64,000 bases of DNA, from positions 1 to 64,000 of the forward strand of contig JBJXGI010000034.1 of assembly GCA_046153645.1 (NCBI GenBank), given 5' to 3'. Shown here in pieces: positions 42,861-54,790 of this stretch (position 1 is the first letter of the stretch; the number at the start of each line of letters is the position of its first letter). The notes beneath the pieces were generated by a model. The model did not search any database. It worked only from the letters and a program-made list of their open reading frames with translations, and was not told the origin of the DNA. The DNA comes from Elusimicrobiota bacterium. Its GTDB lineage: Bacteria > Elusimicrobiota > Elusimicrobia > F11. The translations under genes and the position numbers were made by a program.

Positions 42861-44515
42861 TGGCCATTTTTAATCAAATTAAAAACTTGGTTTATGACCA
42901 GGTTTCTCTTGTTTTAAGCGCCAAAGGGAAAGTATTGAATATCCCCGCATTTGATTTAACTGTTCCACCCTCTAAAGTGCCGGGTGATGTGGCTACCAAT
43001 GTGGTGCTCATGGTGGCTAAAGAAGCCAAAGAAAACCCCAAAAAGTTAGCCGAAGAAATTGCGGCTCAATTTCCGACCAATGAATTGGTTTCTAAAGTGG
43101 AAATAGCGGGCCCCGGGTTTCTTAACTTCTGGCTCACTGATTTAGCTCTTCAGTCAGAACTTTTTGATTTGGTGAGCGGGAATTCCACTATCCATTCAGG
43201 TTCGAAAGAAAAAATTCTTTTAGAGTTTGTCTCCGCCAATCCCACCGGGCCCCTTCATGTGGGGCATGGTCGTGGGGCCGCGTTGGGCGATTCTCTAGCA
43301 AGAATTTTCAAATATTTAGGCCATGAGGTTATTTGCGAGTTTTACATCAACGATTCAGGTGGTCAAATAAGAAAATTGGGCCTTTCAACAGAAGCGCGTT
43401 ATAAAGAAATAAAAGGCGAAGCCTTTGATTTTCCCGAGGAAGGATACAAAGGTTCCTATGTTAAAGATATCGCTCAAGATATTATTGATTCAAAACTTCA
43501 TTTAAAAACAGTCACCGATTCTCAGATGGTTTTTGATGAAACTGATTTTGCCGGCTATGCGAGTTCAAAAAATTTAAAAGTGATTCAGGAGTCGCTGAAA
43601 AATTTTGGTGTTCATTTTGACGAATGGTACCCAGAATCACGTCTTCATAAGTCCAATAAAGTTTTAAGTTTGTTGAAAGATTTACAAAAAAAGGATTTGG
43701 CTTATGAACAAGAAGGGGCTGTTTGGTTTAAAGCCACTCAATTTGGCGATGAAAAAGATCGAGTCCTCAAAAAAGGAAATGAAGCTCCCACCTATTTCGC
43801 CTCAGATATTGCTTATCACGTTGAAAAATTTGACCGCAAGCTTGATAAGTACATTAATATTTGGGGTGCTGATCATCATGGATACGCGCAACGTTTGAAA
43901 GGAGCTCTTAAAGCCATTGGGTTTGAATCTGATCGGTTAGAAGTCATTTTTAATCAATTGGTTTCTATTAAGGGGGGGCGTTTATCAAAACGAGCGGGTG
44001 ATATGGTGACATTGCAAGAACTTGTTGAGGAAGTGGGGAAAGACGCCGCCCGTTTTTTCTTCGCGCTTCGAGGTCCTGGAACTCATTTTGAATTTGATTT
44101 GGATTTAGCCAAAAAACAAGCGTCCGATAACCCTGTTTTTTATGTGCAATATGTTCACGCTCGTTGCCGATCTATTTTTAGAGAGGCTGAAAAAAGAGGG
44201 CTTTCTACGGATGTCACTTTTTGGAAAAATAAGCCACTTGCAGAAAAAGTGGCGGACGCTGAAAAAGATGTGCTTCTTCATCTTGCCAGTTTTGATAAAG
44301 TGGTTGAACTGTGCGCTAAAGACCGCAGCAATCATCATTTGACGGTCTACTTATTGGAATTGGCCGGTAAATATCACAGCTTTTATGAAAAATGCCATGT
44401 TTTGGTTGAAGATCCTGTGACTCGGTCATTTCGATTGGCATTGGTTGAGTCTATTCGTAAACGTGTTGCCGAAGGACTTGAACTTTTAGGCGTAAGCGCC
44501 CCAGAAAGTTTATAG
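42860..44515 (+). CDS. argS: Arginine--tRNA ligase
   Basis: EFVSANPTGPLHVGHGRGA, GADHHGY, LSKRAG, YVQYVHAR. Confidence 0.96.
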   Translation: MAIFNQIKNLVYDQVSLVLSAKGKVLNIPAFDLTVPPSKVPGDVATNVVLMVAKEAKENPKKLAEEIAAQFPTNELVSKVEIAGPGFLNFWLTDLALQSELFDLVSGNSTIHSGSKEKILLEFVSANPTGPLHVGHGRGAALGDSLARIFKYLGHEVICEFYINDSGGQIRKLGLSTEARYKEIKGEAFDFPEEGYKGSYVKDIAQDIIDSKLHLKTVTDSQMVFDETDFAGYASSKNLKVIQESLKNFGVHFDEWYPESRLHKSNKVLSLLKDLQKKDLAYEQEGAVWFKATQFGDEKDRVLKKGNEAPTYFASDIAYHVEKFDRKLDKYINIWGADHHGYAQRLKGALKAIGFESDRLEVIFNQLVSIKGGRLSKRAGDMVTLQELVEEVGKDAARFFFALRGPGTHFEFDLDLAKKQASDNPVFYVQYVHARCRSIFREAEKRGLSTDVTFWKNKPLAEKVADAEKDVLLHLASFDKVVELCAKDRSNHHLTVYLLELAGKYHSFYEKCHVLVEDPVTRSFRLALVESIRKRVAEGLELLGVSAPESL

Positions 44516-44523
44516 GAGAATAT

Positions 44524-45558
44524 ATGAGTTGGGAAATCATCGCACAAAAAGCCCTTTTAAATCAGGCTCTCACCAAAGAAGAAGCGTTGAGTATTTTAAA
44601 AGTCAGTGATTCTGAAACTTTCGACGTTGTTGCCGCCGCCGCTAAAGTGCGTCATAAATTTTTCGGAAAAAGAATGAAGTTAAATTATCTAGTGAATATC
44701 AAAAGCGGACTTTGTCCCGAAGATTGTCACTATTGTTCGCAATCAAAAGTGTCTGATGCTGAAATTCCGAAATATCCATTGTTAGACAAAGATTCTGTTA
44801 TTGAACAAGTGGAGCGCGGAATATCGGTTGGAGCCAAAAGGGCTTGTTTGGTTGCCAGTGGTCGAGGTCCAAGCGAAAAAGAAATGAATCATTTTTGTGA
44901 TTCGGTTAAAGCGTTAAAAGAAAAATACCCACACATGGAAGTATGCGCTTGTTTAGGGCTTTTGTCTGAAGGCCAAGCAGATAAATTAAAAGATTCTGGT
45001 GTTTACGCTTATAACCACAATATTAATACCAGTAAAGCTCATTACGAAAAAATTTGTGGGACCCACACTTATTCAAACCGTTTAGACACTGTTGAAAAAG
45101 CCAAATGTGGTGGACTTTCCGCTTGTAGTGGCGTGTTGGCTGGTATGGGCGAAACGGATGAAGATTTAGTGGAAATGGCCTTTACTCTTCGTGATAAAAA
45201 AGTCGATTCTATCCCAGTTAATTTTTTGGTTTCAATTGATAAAACACCTCTTGAAGGAACAAACAACCTCAATCCTTTGAGATGTTTGAAAATTCTGGCT
45301 TTGTTTCGTTTAACCAATCCAACAGTTGAGATTCGTGTTTCCGGTGGACGTGAGGTTCATTTGCGTCATCTTCAACCGGTGAGCTTAACAATGGCCAATT
45401 CTATTTTCATCGGAGATTATTTAACCACCATTGGTCAATCGCCCACAGCAGATTTAGAAATGATTCGTGATTTGGGCTACCAAATTGAAGGTCAAGATTC
45501 GCAATTCCTTGAAAAAGTGTTGGGAACTCCTGCCCACGCTGCTGCTCTTAAAGATTAA
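44524..45558 (+). CDS. bioB: Biotin synthase
   Basis: CPEDCHYCSQS radical-SAM motif, YNHNINT, IPVNFL, SGGRE. Confidence 0.95.
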   Translation: MSWEIIAQKALLNQALTKEEALSILKVSDSETFDVVAAAAKVRHKFFGKRMKLNYLVNIKSGLCPEDCHYCSQSKVSDAEIPKYPLLDKDSVIEQVERGISVGAKRACLVASGRGPSEKEMNHFCDSVKALKEKYPHMEVCACLGLLSEGQADKLKDSGVYAYNHNINTSKAHYEKICGTHTYSNRLDTVEKAKCGGLSACSGVLAGMGETDEDLVEMAFTLRDKKVDSIPVNFLVSIDKTPLEGTNNLNPLRCLKILALFRLTNPTVEIRVSGGREVHLRHLQPVSLTMANSIFIGDYLTTIGQSPTADLEMIRDLGYQIEGQDSQFLEKVLGTPAHAAALKD

Positions 45559-45564
45559 GAAGTC

Positions 45565-46296
45565 GTGTCAGATCGTCCTGTCGTTCTTGTCACCGGCGCC
45601 GCTAGAGGTTTAGGAAGAGATGTCTCTCTTGCTTTTGCAAAAAAAGGTTATTGCGTTGGTATTAATTTTTCTAAAAGTCAAAAAGAAGCTGAAACCCTCT
45701 CTCAAGAAATTTCGCAGTTGGGAAGCCAATCTCTTTTTTTAAAAGCGGATATCAGACAATCCAAACAAGTTAACCAAATGGTCTCTACTCTTCTTGATAA
45801 ATGGGGACGAGTGGATGTCTTAATTAATAACGCGGGCAATGTGAAAAATAAAACTCTTTTTTCCATGACCGATGAAGATTGGAATGATGTTTTAAATGTG
45901 AATCTTAATGGTGCTTTTTATTGCACGAGAGCCGTTCTTTCTCCAATGCGAAAACAAAAAGATGGTTCAATTATTAATTTTTCGTCTTTTATTGCAGGTA
46001 AAGGAGCCAAAGGCGCGGCCAATTACGCAGCGGCAAAAGCAGGGCTTATTACGCTGACTAAAAATACCGCTATTGAAGAAGGGGCCTTTAATATTCGCGC
46101 CAATGCCATTATGCCTGGGTTTCACGTGACCGATATTAATCATGATATATGGACAAAATTCAAAGAACCTATTCTTCAACAACATTTGTTGGGAAAATTA
46201 CCTGACCGCGAAGAAATGGCAAATTTTTTGGTAACGATGGCGGAATTGAAGTCTGTTACGGGTCAAGTGTTTGCTTTTGAGTCCCGGCTTTTATAA
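45565..46296 (+). CDS. FabG-like 3-oxoacyl-ACP reductase (SDR)
   Basis: TGAARGLG, NNAG, YAAAK. Confidence 0.85.
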   Translation: MSDRPVVLVTGAARGLGRDVSLAFAKKGYCVGINFSKSQKEAETLSQEISQLGSQSLFLKADIRQSKQVNQMVSTLLDKWGRVDVLINNAGNVKNKTLFSMTDEDWNDVLNVNLNGAFYCTRAVLSPMRKQKDGSIINFSSFIAGKGAKGAANYAAAKAGLITLTKNTAIEEGAFNIRANAIMPGFHVTDINHDIWTKFKEPILQQHLLGKLPDREEMANFLVTMAELKSVTGQVFAFESRLL

Positions 46297-46299
46297 ATA

Positions 46300-47436
46300 A
46301 TGAAAGAAAAAATTCTCGTTACAGGAATGGGTATGGTAAGCGCTCTGGGTTTAACGACCAATGAAACCTGGGCTGGAATTATTGCTGGTAAAACAGGAAT
46401 ATCTTTTAACCCTTTAACAGGTTTATCAGCAGGAATTCCCGCCATCGGTTTGAATGGACATAAATCTCGAGCCGGTGAATTTATTATAAAGGTGGCGAAA
46501 GAAGCATTAACTCAGGCCCAATTATTGGATCCGAAAATCGAAAATTACACAATTGGTTGCGCTATTGGACAAAGTAAGCCACTCATTGATTCAAATGAAT
46601 TAAGCGCCACCATGCTTTTATCTTCATTTAGTGGTTGGTCCATGGAAGCCTTGGTTAAAAAAGAATTTAAGTTAGAAGGTCCTTCAACTAATATTGTGGC
46701 GGCGTGCGCGACAGGAATTGCTTGTTTAAGTACAGCAGAGTATTGGCTTCAAAATGATTTATGTGACGCAGTGATTGTGGGCGCTTCGGAATCGAGCTTA
46801 AATCCACTTTATCAAACGGGGTTTCGACAAATGGGTGTTTTATGCGAGGGTGATAGTTTTTTGAACGTTTGTCCCTTCGATGAAGACCGTTCCGGTTTTG
46901 CAATGGGAGAAGGTGCTTCGGTTTTAATCTTGGAAAAAGAAGGATCGGCCCAGAAAAGGAACGTTCAACCAATCGCAATTTTAGAAAAAACAGTTATGCT
47001 TCATAATACTTATGGAAGAACAGGATCTGATAAAAATGGGAAAGCCATAGGAAGAGTGTTAAGCAAACTATTGGGAGATGTAAAACCAAATTATATTAAT
47101 CTTCATGGAACTGGCACTGTTATGAATGACGCTTCTGAATCAATGGCAATTGAAGATTTTTTTAATACGGAGGCTAAATCAATTCCTGTTTCTTCCACCA
47201 AAGCCGCCACAGGGCATTTGTTAGGTGCGGCGGGAGCTATTGAGGCGGCGATTGCTGTTTTGGCTCTGAGAGATCAGATTTTGCCGCCCACTTTAAATTT
47301 AAAAAAGCCGATTCGTGATTTAGATTTTGTTCCCAATAAAAGTCGCCTTGCTTCCATTCAATCAGCGGCGTCTTTGTCTTATGGTTTTGGGGGGCAATTA
47401 GGCGGTGTTTTGTTTTCAAAAAGAAGGGAACAGTAA
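46300..47436 (+). CDS. FabF-like beta-ketoacyl-ACP synthase
   Basis: AACATG (Cys), HGTGT, GHLLGAAG (Cys-His-His triad), SYGFGG. Confidence 0.88.
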   Translation: MKEKILVTGMGMVSALGLTTNETWAGIIAGKTGISFNPLTGLSAGIPAIGLNGHKSRAGEFIIKVAKEALTQAQLLDPKIENYTIGCAIGQSKPLIDSNELSATMLLSSFSGWSMEALVKKEFKLEGPSTNIVAACATGIACLSTAEYWLQNDLCDAVIVGASESSLNPLYQTGFRQMGVLCEGDSFLNVCPFDEDRSGFAMGEGASVLILEKEGSAQKRNVQPIAILEKTVMLHNTYGRTGSDKNGKAIGRVLSKLLGDVKPNYINLHGTGTVMNDASESMAIEDFFNTEAKSIPVSSTKAATGHLLGAAGAIEAAIAVLALRDQILPPTLNLKKPIRDLDFVPNKSRLASIQSAASLSYGFGGQLGGVLFSKRREQ

Positions 47437-47443
47437 ATTAATC

Positions 47444-49307
<1,864 letters not shown>

Positions 49308-49320
49308 TGCAAATGCTTCC

Positions 49321-50757
49321 TTGCCCAAGCAAGCGAGCTTGAGAAGCGGTTTTGTGATTCGTCGTTCTCGTCAATTAATCCAATGGGATAAAAAGTATTT
49401 ATGGCACCCTTTCACGCAGCATTATGCCTGGGATAAATCAAACCCATTAATTATTGAATCGGGGAAAGGGGTTTATCTCAAAGATATTAACGGACAAAAA
49501 TACTTAGATGGCGTTTCTTCTTTGTGGGTGAATATTCATGGGCATCGTCACCCGGTTTTAGACCGTGCTTTCCAACAACAATTAAAAAAAATCGCGCATT
49601 CCACTTTTTTAGGTCTTTCTCACGAGCCCGGCATTTTACTCGCCAAGCAGTTGGCTGATGTGGCTCCCAAAGGACTCAGTCGGACTTTTTATTCTGATAA
49701 TGGGGCAACGGCTGTTGAAGTGGCACTTAAAATGGCTTTTCAATATTGGGTGGAACAGCCAGTGCGGAAGAAAAAAGCGAAAACAGAATTTCTAGCAGTT
49801 AAAGGGTCTTACCACGGAGACACCATTGGTGCGGTCTCTGTTGGGAGTATTGGTCAATTTCATTCCAAATTTAAATCGCTCTTGTTCAAAACTCGGTTTG
49901 CGATGGCACCACAATGTTTTGGGTGTCCTTTTAATAAAACAAAAGTCCCTTCCATTTTTCGATGCGGTGAAAAAATTAACAAAATTCCCAAACCTGGCGA
50001 CAAAAGATTAGAAACCAATTGTAGGTGGGAGTGTTTGAAAGACGTTGAGGGTCAGTTGAAAAAAGCCAATGGTCAGGTGGCAGCAGGAATTCTAGAGCCG
50101 CTTATTCAAGGTGCCACTGGAATGCGGGCGATGCCGCAGGGGTATACCGCTGGTTTTGAGCGCTTGCTACGAAAATACAAAGCGCTCTTTATTGTTGATG
50201 AAGTCGCCACCGGGTTTGGCCGGACGGGGACGCTTTTTGCCAGTGAACAAGAAAATTTAACGCCTGATTTTCTTTGTGTTGCTAAGGGATTAACAGGGGG
50301 GCTCACTCCTTTGGCCGCCACTTTAACAACAGAAAAAATCTTCAAAACTTTTTATGCGCCGCCGCTAAAAATGAAAACGTTTTTCCATGGACACAGTTAT
50401 ACAGGGCACCCTTTGGGATCAGCGGTGGCTCTGGCCAATTTAAAACTCATAAAAAACACAAAACTCCTTGAAAAAACGCGTCAGAAAGCCCATCTTTTAA
50501 GAAAGGAGTTAAAGCGTTTAGAAGATCTTCATTGTGTTGAAAGTATTCGGCAAGTGGGACTTATGGTGGGAATTGAACTCAATCCCCAAAAGATTTCAGT
50601 CGCCCAGGTTTGTCGAAGGTTACTTGATAGGAAAATTTGGTTGAGACCGCTCGGAAATGTTGTTGTTTTTATGCCGCCTTTGGTAATTTTAGATCGAGAT
50701 CTCATTCGAGTAATCAAAACGCTTACGACTATTATCAAAAATGAGCTTTATTCATGA
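49321..50757 (+). CDS. bioA: Adenosylmethionine-8-amino-7-oxononanoate aminotransferase
   Basis: WHPFTQ, SSLWVNIHGH, YHGDT, DEVATGFGRTG, AKGLTGG, FFHGHSY, LRPLG. Confidence 0.94.
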   Translation: MPKQASLRSGFVIRRSRQLIQWDKKYLWHPFTQHYAWDKSNPLIIESGKGVYLKDINGQKYLDGVSSLWVNIHGHRHPVLDRAFQQQLKKIAHSTFLGLSHEPGILLAKQLADVAPKGLSRTFYSDNGATAVEVALKMAFQYWVEQPVRKKKAKTEFLAVKGSYHGDTIGAVSVGSIGQFHSKFKSLLFKTRFAMAPQCFGCPFNKTKVPSIFRCGEKINKIPKPGDKRLETNCRWECLKDVEGQLKKANGQVAAGILEPLIQGATGMRAMPQGYTAGFERLLRKYKALFIVDEVATGFGRTGTLFASEQENLTPDFLCVAKGLTGGLTPLAATLTTEKIFKTFYAPPLKMKTFFHGHSYTGHPLGSAVALANLKLIKNTKLLEKTRQKAHLLRKELKRLEDLHCVESIRQVGLMVGIELNPQKISVAQVCRRLLDRKIWLRPLGNVVVFMPPLVILDRDLIRVIKTLTTIIKNELYS

Positions 50758-51859
50758 ACCTTTGTTTTCTTCTTCATTAAATTCGATTATTTTTTTTGTT
50801 TCTATCGTTTTTTCCTTTTTCTCATTGGCGTTTATTGGGATTCTCTACGCTCATCGAAAAAATAAAAAAAGAAAATCCCGTGGGCAAATCTCTCCAATAG
50901 AAGATCAAATTCACTCTCTTAATCAAGAAGTTAGATTTTATGAGGATCGAAAAAAAGAGCTTCATAAAAGATCGCAGCAGCGTCATTTGCTTTCACGAGC
51001 TGCTCGGGAATTGGGGGCCTCTCTCAATCCTATCGATATTCAAAAAAAACTTATTGATACCGCTAAAATTGTTTTCAATGGGCAAAATGCGGTGATCACT
51101 TATGGTGATTCCAACGATCCCATTGATCATTTTATTTTGCAGCGGCGGCAACCGGTACTTGTGCCGAGCGATGTGTTTAAAGGTGATCCCTTAATGGCAG
51201 TTCCCATTACCGTTCAGCGTTCTATCGCGGGTGTGCTGCGCGTTTTTGGGGCTTCCGCCCAATTTCCTTATTCTAGAGATGATATGCGACTTCTTGATAG
51301 CTTGGCTAGTCTTGCATCGCTTGCCATGGATAACAGTATGCTTTTTAACCAAATTGAACAATCGGCCCTTCGAGATGGACTTACAGGGCTTCTCACTCAT
51401 AAAGCTTTTCAAGATCAGTTGGATGAATCCATTTTAGAAGCCAGTCGATACAACCAACCCTTATCTATTATTTTGTGTGATGTTGATCATTTCAAAAAAG
51501 TAAATGACACTCACGGCCACCAAGCAGGGGATTTGGTTTTGCAAGGTTTTGCCCACGTGTTGGATCGAAATGTAAGAGATGTAGATATAGTGGCGCGTTA
51601 CGGAGGAGAAGAATTTATTTTACTCCTTCGCCATACTTCACATGCACAAGCAAAACAATTGGCTGAAAAAATTCGGATTGATTTAATGGCTCAGGAATTT
51701 GACACGGGGTCTCAAGTGTTATCAATTACCAGTAGTTTTGGTGTCGCCACTTTTCCTGAAGATGCAACCAGTGGTCAGCAGCTTATTCGACAAGCCGATC
51801 AAAGACTGTATAAATGTAAAGAAGGGGGGCGCAATCAAGTGCGGGGGCGAAATGGATAA
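50741..51859 (+). CDS. Membrane-anchored GAF-GGDEF diguanylate cyclase
   Basis: N-terminal TM, DGLTGL, DVDHFK, RYGGEEF, RxxD I-site (RDVD). Confidence 0.92.
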   Translation: MSFIHEPLFSSSLNSIIFFVSIVFSFFSLAFIGILYAHRKNKKRKSRGQISPIEDQIHSLNQEVRFYEDRKKELHKRSQQRHLLSRAARELGASLNPIDIQKKLIDTAKIVFNGQNAVITYGDSNDPIDHFILQRRQPVLVPSDVFKGDPLMAVPITVQRSIAGVLRVFGASAQFPYSRDDMRLLDSLASLASLAMDNSMLFNQIEQSALRDGLTGLLTHKAFQDQLDESILEASRYNQPLSIILCDVDHFKKVNDTHGHQAGDLVLQGFAHVLDRNVRDVDIVARYGGEEFILLLRHTSHAQAKQLAEKIRIDLMAQEFDTGSQVLSITSSFGVATFPEDATSGQQLIRQADQRLYKCKEGGRNQVRGRNG

Positions 51860-52979
51860 TTTGGTTATTATCGCACTCGTAGGGGCTGTTATTTGTTTGG
51901 GATTTTTGGGTGCTTATTATTTTTTTCCACATTTTTTTGAAGGAAACCAAAAATGGGAAACTGAATTTGAAAATCTTAAACAAGAATTGCTGGCGCTTAA
52001 AAATCGTCATGAACAATTAAAGATTGATGTTCAGAAAAATCAAACCATAGAAACACAATCGCTCCAAATTTACGCCGTGGCTAAATCATTGGCAGAAGCC
52101 TTATCATGGGCGGAAATGGCGCCGCGTCTCACCAATGGAATTCAGAAAATTTTCGGCGCTTATGAGTTTTTACTTTATGCAGCAGGTTCTCATGGACAAT
52201 GGAATTTAATTCATCGAAGGGGAAATTGGGCTAAAGTGCCACCCATAACGGATCAAGTTCCCTCTGAACCGAAATTTTACCATCCACCCCAAATTCAAGA
52301 ATTGGTGCCTGTTTTAACAGCTCCTATTTTTTCCGAGAATGAAAATACGTTAACCATCAGTGGGGTTCTCTTTTTGAAACCAGCCGACAAAGGGCAGGAT
52401 CAAGTGGAATTATTAGAAACCGCCAAAGAATTTGGTGAAGAATTGGGTGTGGCAATCAACAAAGCGCTGCTTTTTAGCAAAATGGAAGAACACTCTAAGA
52501 CAGATGGTTTAACTGGTCTTCTCCGTCGTCAAGCTTTTATGGACCGCTTGAATGAAGAATTTAAGCGCGCCTCGGCGTTTCACACCTCTTTTAGTCTTCT
52601 CATGGTCGATATTGATCATTTTAAAGCGGTGAATGATTCTCATGGGCATGGGGCTGGTGATGCTGTACTTTCTCGAGTCGGACAAATTTTGAAAGAATCT
52701 TTTTACGAAACAGATGTGGTGGGACGTTATGGGGGAGAAGAATTTATTGTTCTTCTTCCTCGCGCCGAAGCCGAAGGGGTTTACCGCAAAGCTGAAAGTT
52801 TGCGTAAACGAATCGAACAAGAAATTATTTCATCTGGATTTACTCAGCTAAAAGTAACGGTAAGCATCGGTCTTTCTCACTATCATTCCGGTATAAACCA
52901 TACACAATTAATTGAAGCTGCCGATAAAGCACTTTACCGAGCCAAAGAGTCAGGGCGAAATCGTGTAATTGCGGCGTAA
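51852..52979 (+). CDS. Membrane-anchored GGDEF diguanylate cyclase
   Basis: N-terminal TM, DGLTGL, DIDHFK, RYGGEEF, no RxxD. Start moved to ATG 51852. Confidence 0.92.
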   Translation: MDNLVIIALVGAVICLGFLGAYYFFPHFFEGNQKWETEFENLKQELLALKNRHEQLKIDVQKNQTIETQSLQIYAVAKSLAEALSWAEMAPRLTNGIQKIFGAYEFLLYAAGSHGQWNLIHRRGNWAKVPPITDQVPSEPKFYHPPQIQELVPVLTAPIFSENENTLTISGVLFLKPADKGQDQVELLETAKEFGEELGVAINKALLFSKMEEHSKTDGLTGLLRRQAFMDRLNEEFKRASAFHTSFSLLMVDIDHFKAVNDSHGHGAGDAVLSRVGQILKESFYETDVVGRYGGEEFIVLLPRAEAEGVYRKAESLRKRIEQEIISSGFTQLKVTVSIGLSHYHSGINHTQLIEAADKALYRAKESGRNRVIAA

Positions 52980-53033
52980 AAAAATATTAAGCTTTGACTT
53001 AGGAATTAATATGTTAACTATAAATCTAAAAAA

Positions 53034-53420
53034 GTGAGAATCAAAATGTGGATCATTTACGTGTTGTTTGCTTTATTAATATCAGTAATTGGATATTACC
53101 GGTTACCAATGTCAGGACTTGTTACTAGGAAAGATGAGGTTCGATATCAAATGGTGAATATAGGACAGGGAGACGTTGTCCGTTCTATTTTTGAAACTAC
53201 CCTTGGTAAGAAGAGAATATTTCTTGTTAATAATGGCAGTATCTATGTTTCCAAAGAAGATTTTTCTAGGTGTCATTTAGAGTCTCCGCGTGAAATGGAT
53301 TCAAAGGGTTATACGCTTGAAATTGAATACAGTGGACGAATGGTTTTAGCTGGGAGGATGGGGACTGCACGGATCTTAAGTATCAGAAAGTTAGATAAAA
53401 AACCTGTCATTTCAAAATAA
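53034..53420 (+). CDS. Hypothetical protein with N-terminal TM segment
   Basis: 128-aa ORF filling an intergenic gap. No family recognised. Confidence 0.5.
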   Translation: MRIKMWIIYVLFALLISVIGYYRLPMSGLVTRKDEVRYQMVNIGQGDVVRSIFETTLGKKRIFLVNNGSIYVSKEDFSRCHLESPREMDSKGYTLEIEYSGRMVLAGRMGTARILSIRKLDKKPVISK

Positions 53421-53500
53421 AAGAAAAAGTTCAGTGGATATAAAAAAGATTGGTTATTGATAAAAACAAAAATACTCGATAGGTTCCCAATAAGTAAGGA

Positions 53501-54790
53501 GTGTCAAAAATGGTCATTAAGAAAATTTTTATTCCGATTGTTTTGTTGGTTTTTTCTTTTGCCGTTCATAAAAATGTGAATGCAGAAGATATTGGGTTAA
53601 CTCGAGCCGCTGAGTGGAGTGCAGGTTCAATTGCTGAGATCCACACGATCAATGGTTTTAGTTATGTAGGGGTTAGTGATAAACTAGTTAAGGTAGATGC
53701 TCTTACGTTGGTTCCAGTGAGCACTATCACCTTTACTGCTGTTGGTTCGATTGCATTTGATCCCGATGGTTACCTTTATGTGGGAACAAGAAATCAAGCG
53801 CATAAAGTGCGCCTTTCAGATTTTTCATTAGAGAGTTCAGTCGCACTTACAGGTCCGTTAAGCGCTTCTGATATTTTCTCGACCATGCTAGATGGGCAGG
53901 GTTATGGCTATTTTCTCAGCTTTGGCGGTTTTCTTTCCAAAGTTCAACTCTCAAATATGACAGTTGTGGCTACTTCTTCAGTAACATCGAGTGCCAGTTT
54001 TTATCATGCGGTTTTGGATCGTAGTCGGAATTTTATTTATTGTCCGGTTTATACTTCAGGTGTTTCTCCGCGCGCGGTGTTTCGCGTCCGAACAGATACA
54101 TTGGCAACCCAAGATTCTTTGACAATTTCGAACCCCGGTTACTCGGCTGCTGGGATATCATTCCTTGATTCGGCCAAAAATAACTTATATGTGACAAATT
54201 ACTCTTCTTCTTCGGGTGTTGTTCAAATTAATTTAGATTCATTTAATTCTTCTCAGTACTTAGCTTTCGTTTCGTCTCCAACAACAGCAGGCCAATATAC
54301 GTGGACTGCCGCTGTAGATTCCTCTAACGGTATTGGTTACTTTGGAACCTATCAAACTCATCCAGTTATATATAAAGTTAATCTCGCGAATTTTACTGAA
54401 ATTGGTTCTTTTTCTTTAAATAATGGAGATGGTGCTTTATGGGGTTACGGATTTGATTCGAGAACCAAAACCCTGTATATGTCTGGGACAAAAACGCTTC
54501 GGATAACAACAGATGGTTTAAATTCTTCATCAGTTGTGAAACAATATCCTTATCCCAACCCTTTTCGCCCTAAGCTAGGACATACCAGTCTGACGTTGCC
54601 CGATTTAACCGCCAACGGAATAGTTAAAATTTTTACTGTTCAAGGAGAACTGATTCGTCAGTTAGAAACCAATTCGTCCGGTTTTGCCACTTGGGACGTA
54701 AAAGATGATGAAGGCTCAAGTGTTTCAAGTGGTATCTATTTCATCGTTAACGATAATAACGTGAAATATAAAGTGGCGGTCCAAAAATGA
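53501..54790 (+). CDS. Secreted beta-propeller-like protein with C-terminal FlgD-Ig/T9SS-CTD-like domain
   Basis: Signal peptide, Ser/Thr-rich beta repeats, C-terminal YPYPNPF...VKIFTVQGELIR...WD..D..G..VSSGIYF. Confidence 0.75.
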   Translation: MSKMVIKKIFIPIVLLVFSFAVHKNVNAEDIGLTRAAEWSAGSIAEIHTINGFSYVGVSDKLVKVDALTLVPVSTITFTAVGSIAFDPDGYLYVGTRNQAHKVRLSDFSLESSVALTGPLSASDIFSTMLDGQGYGYFLSFGGFLSKVQLSNMTVVATSSVTSSASFYHAVLDRSRNFIYCPVYTSGVSPRAVFRVRTDTLATQDSLTISNPGYSAAGISFLDSAKNNLYVTNYSSSSGVVQINLDSFNSSQYLAFVSSPTTAGQYTWTAAVDSSNGIGYFGTYQTHPVIYKVNLANFTEIGSFSLNNGDGALWGYGFDSRTKTLYMSGTKTLRITTDGLNSSSVVKQYPYPNPFRPKLGHTSLTLPDLTANGIVKIFTVQGELIRQLETNSSGFATWDVKDDEGSSVSSGIYFIVNDNNVKYKVAVQK

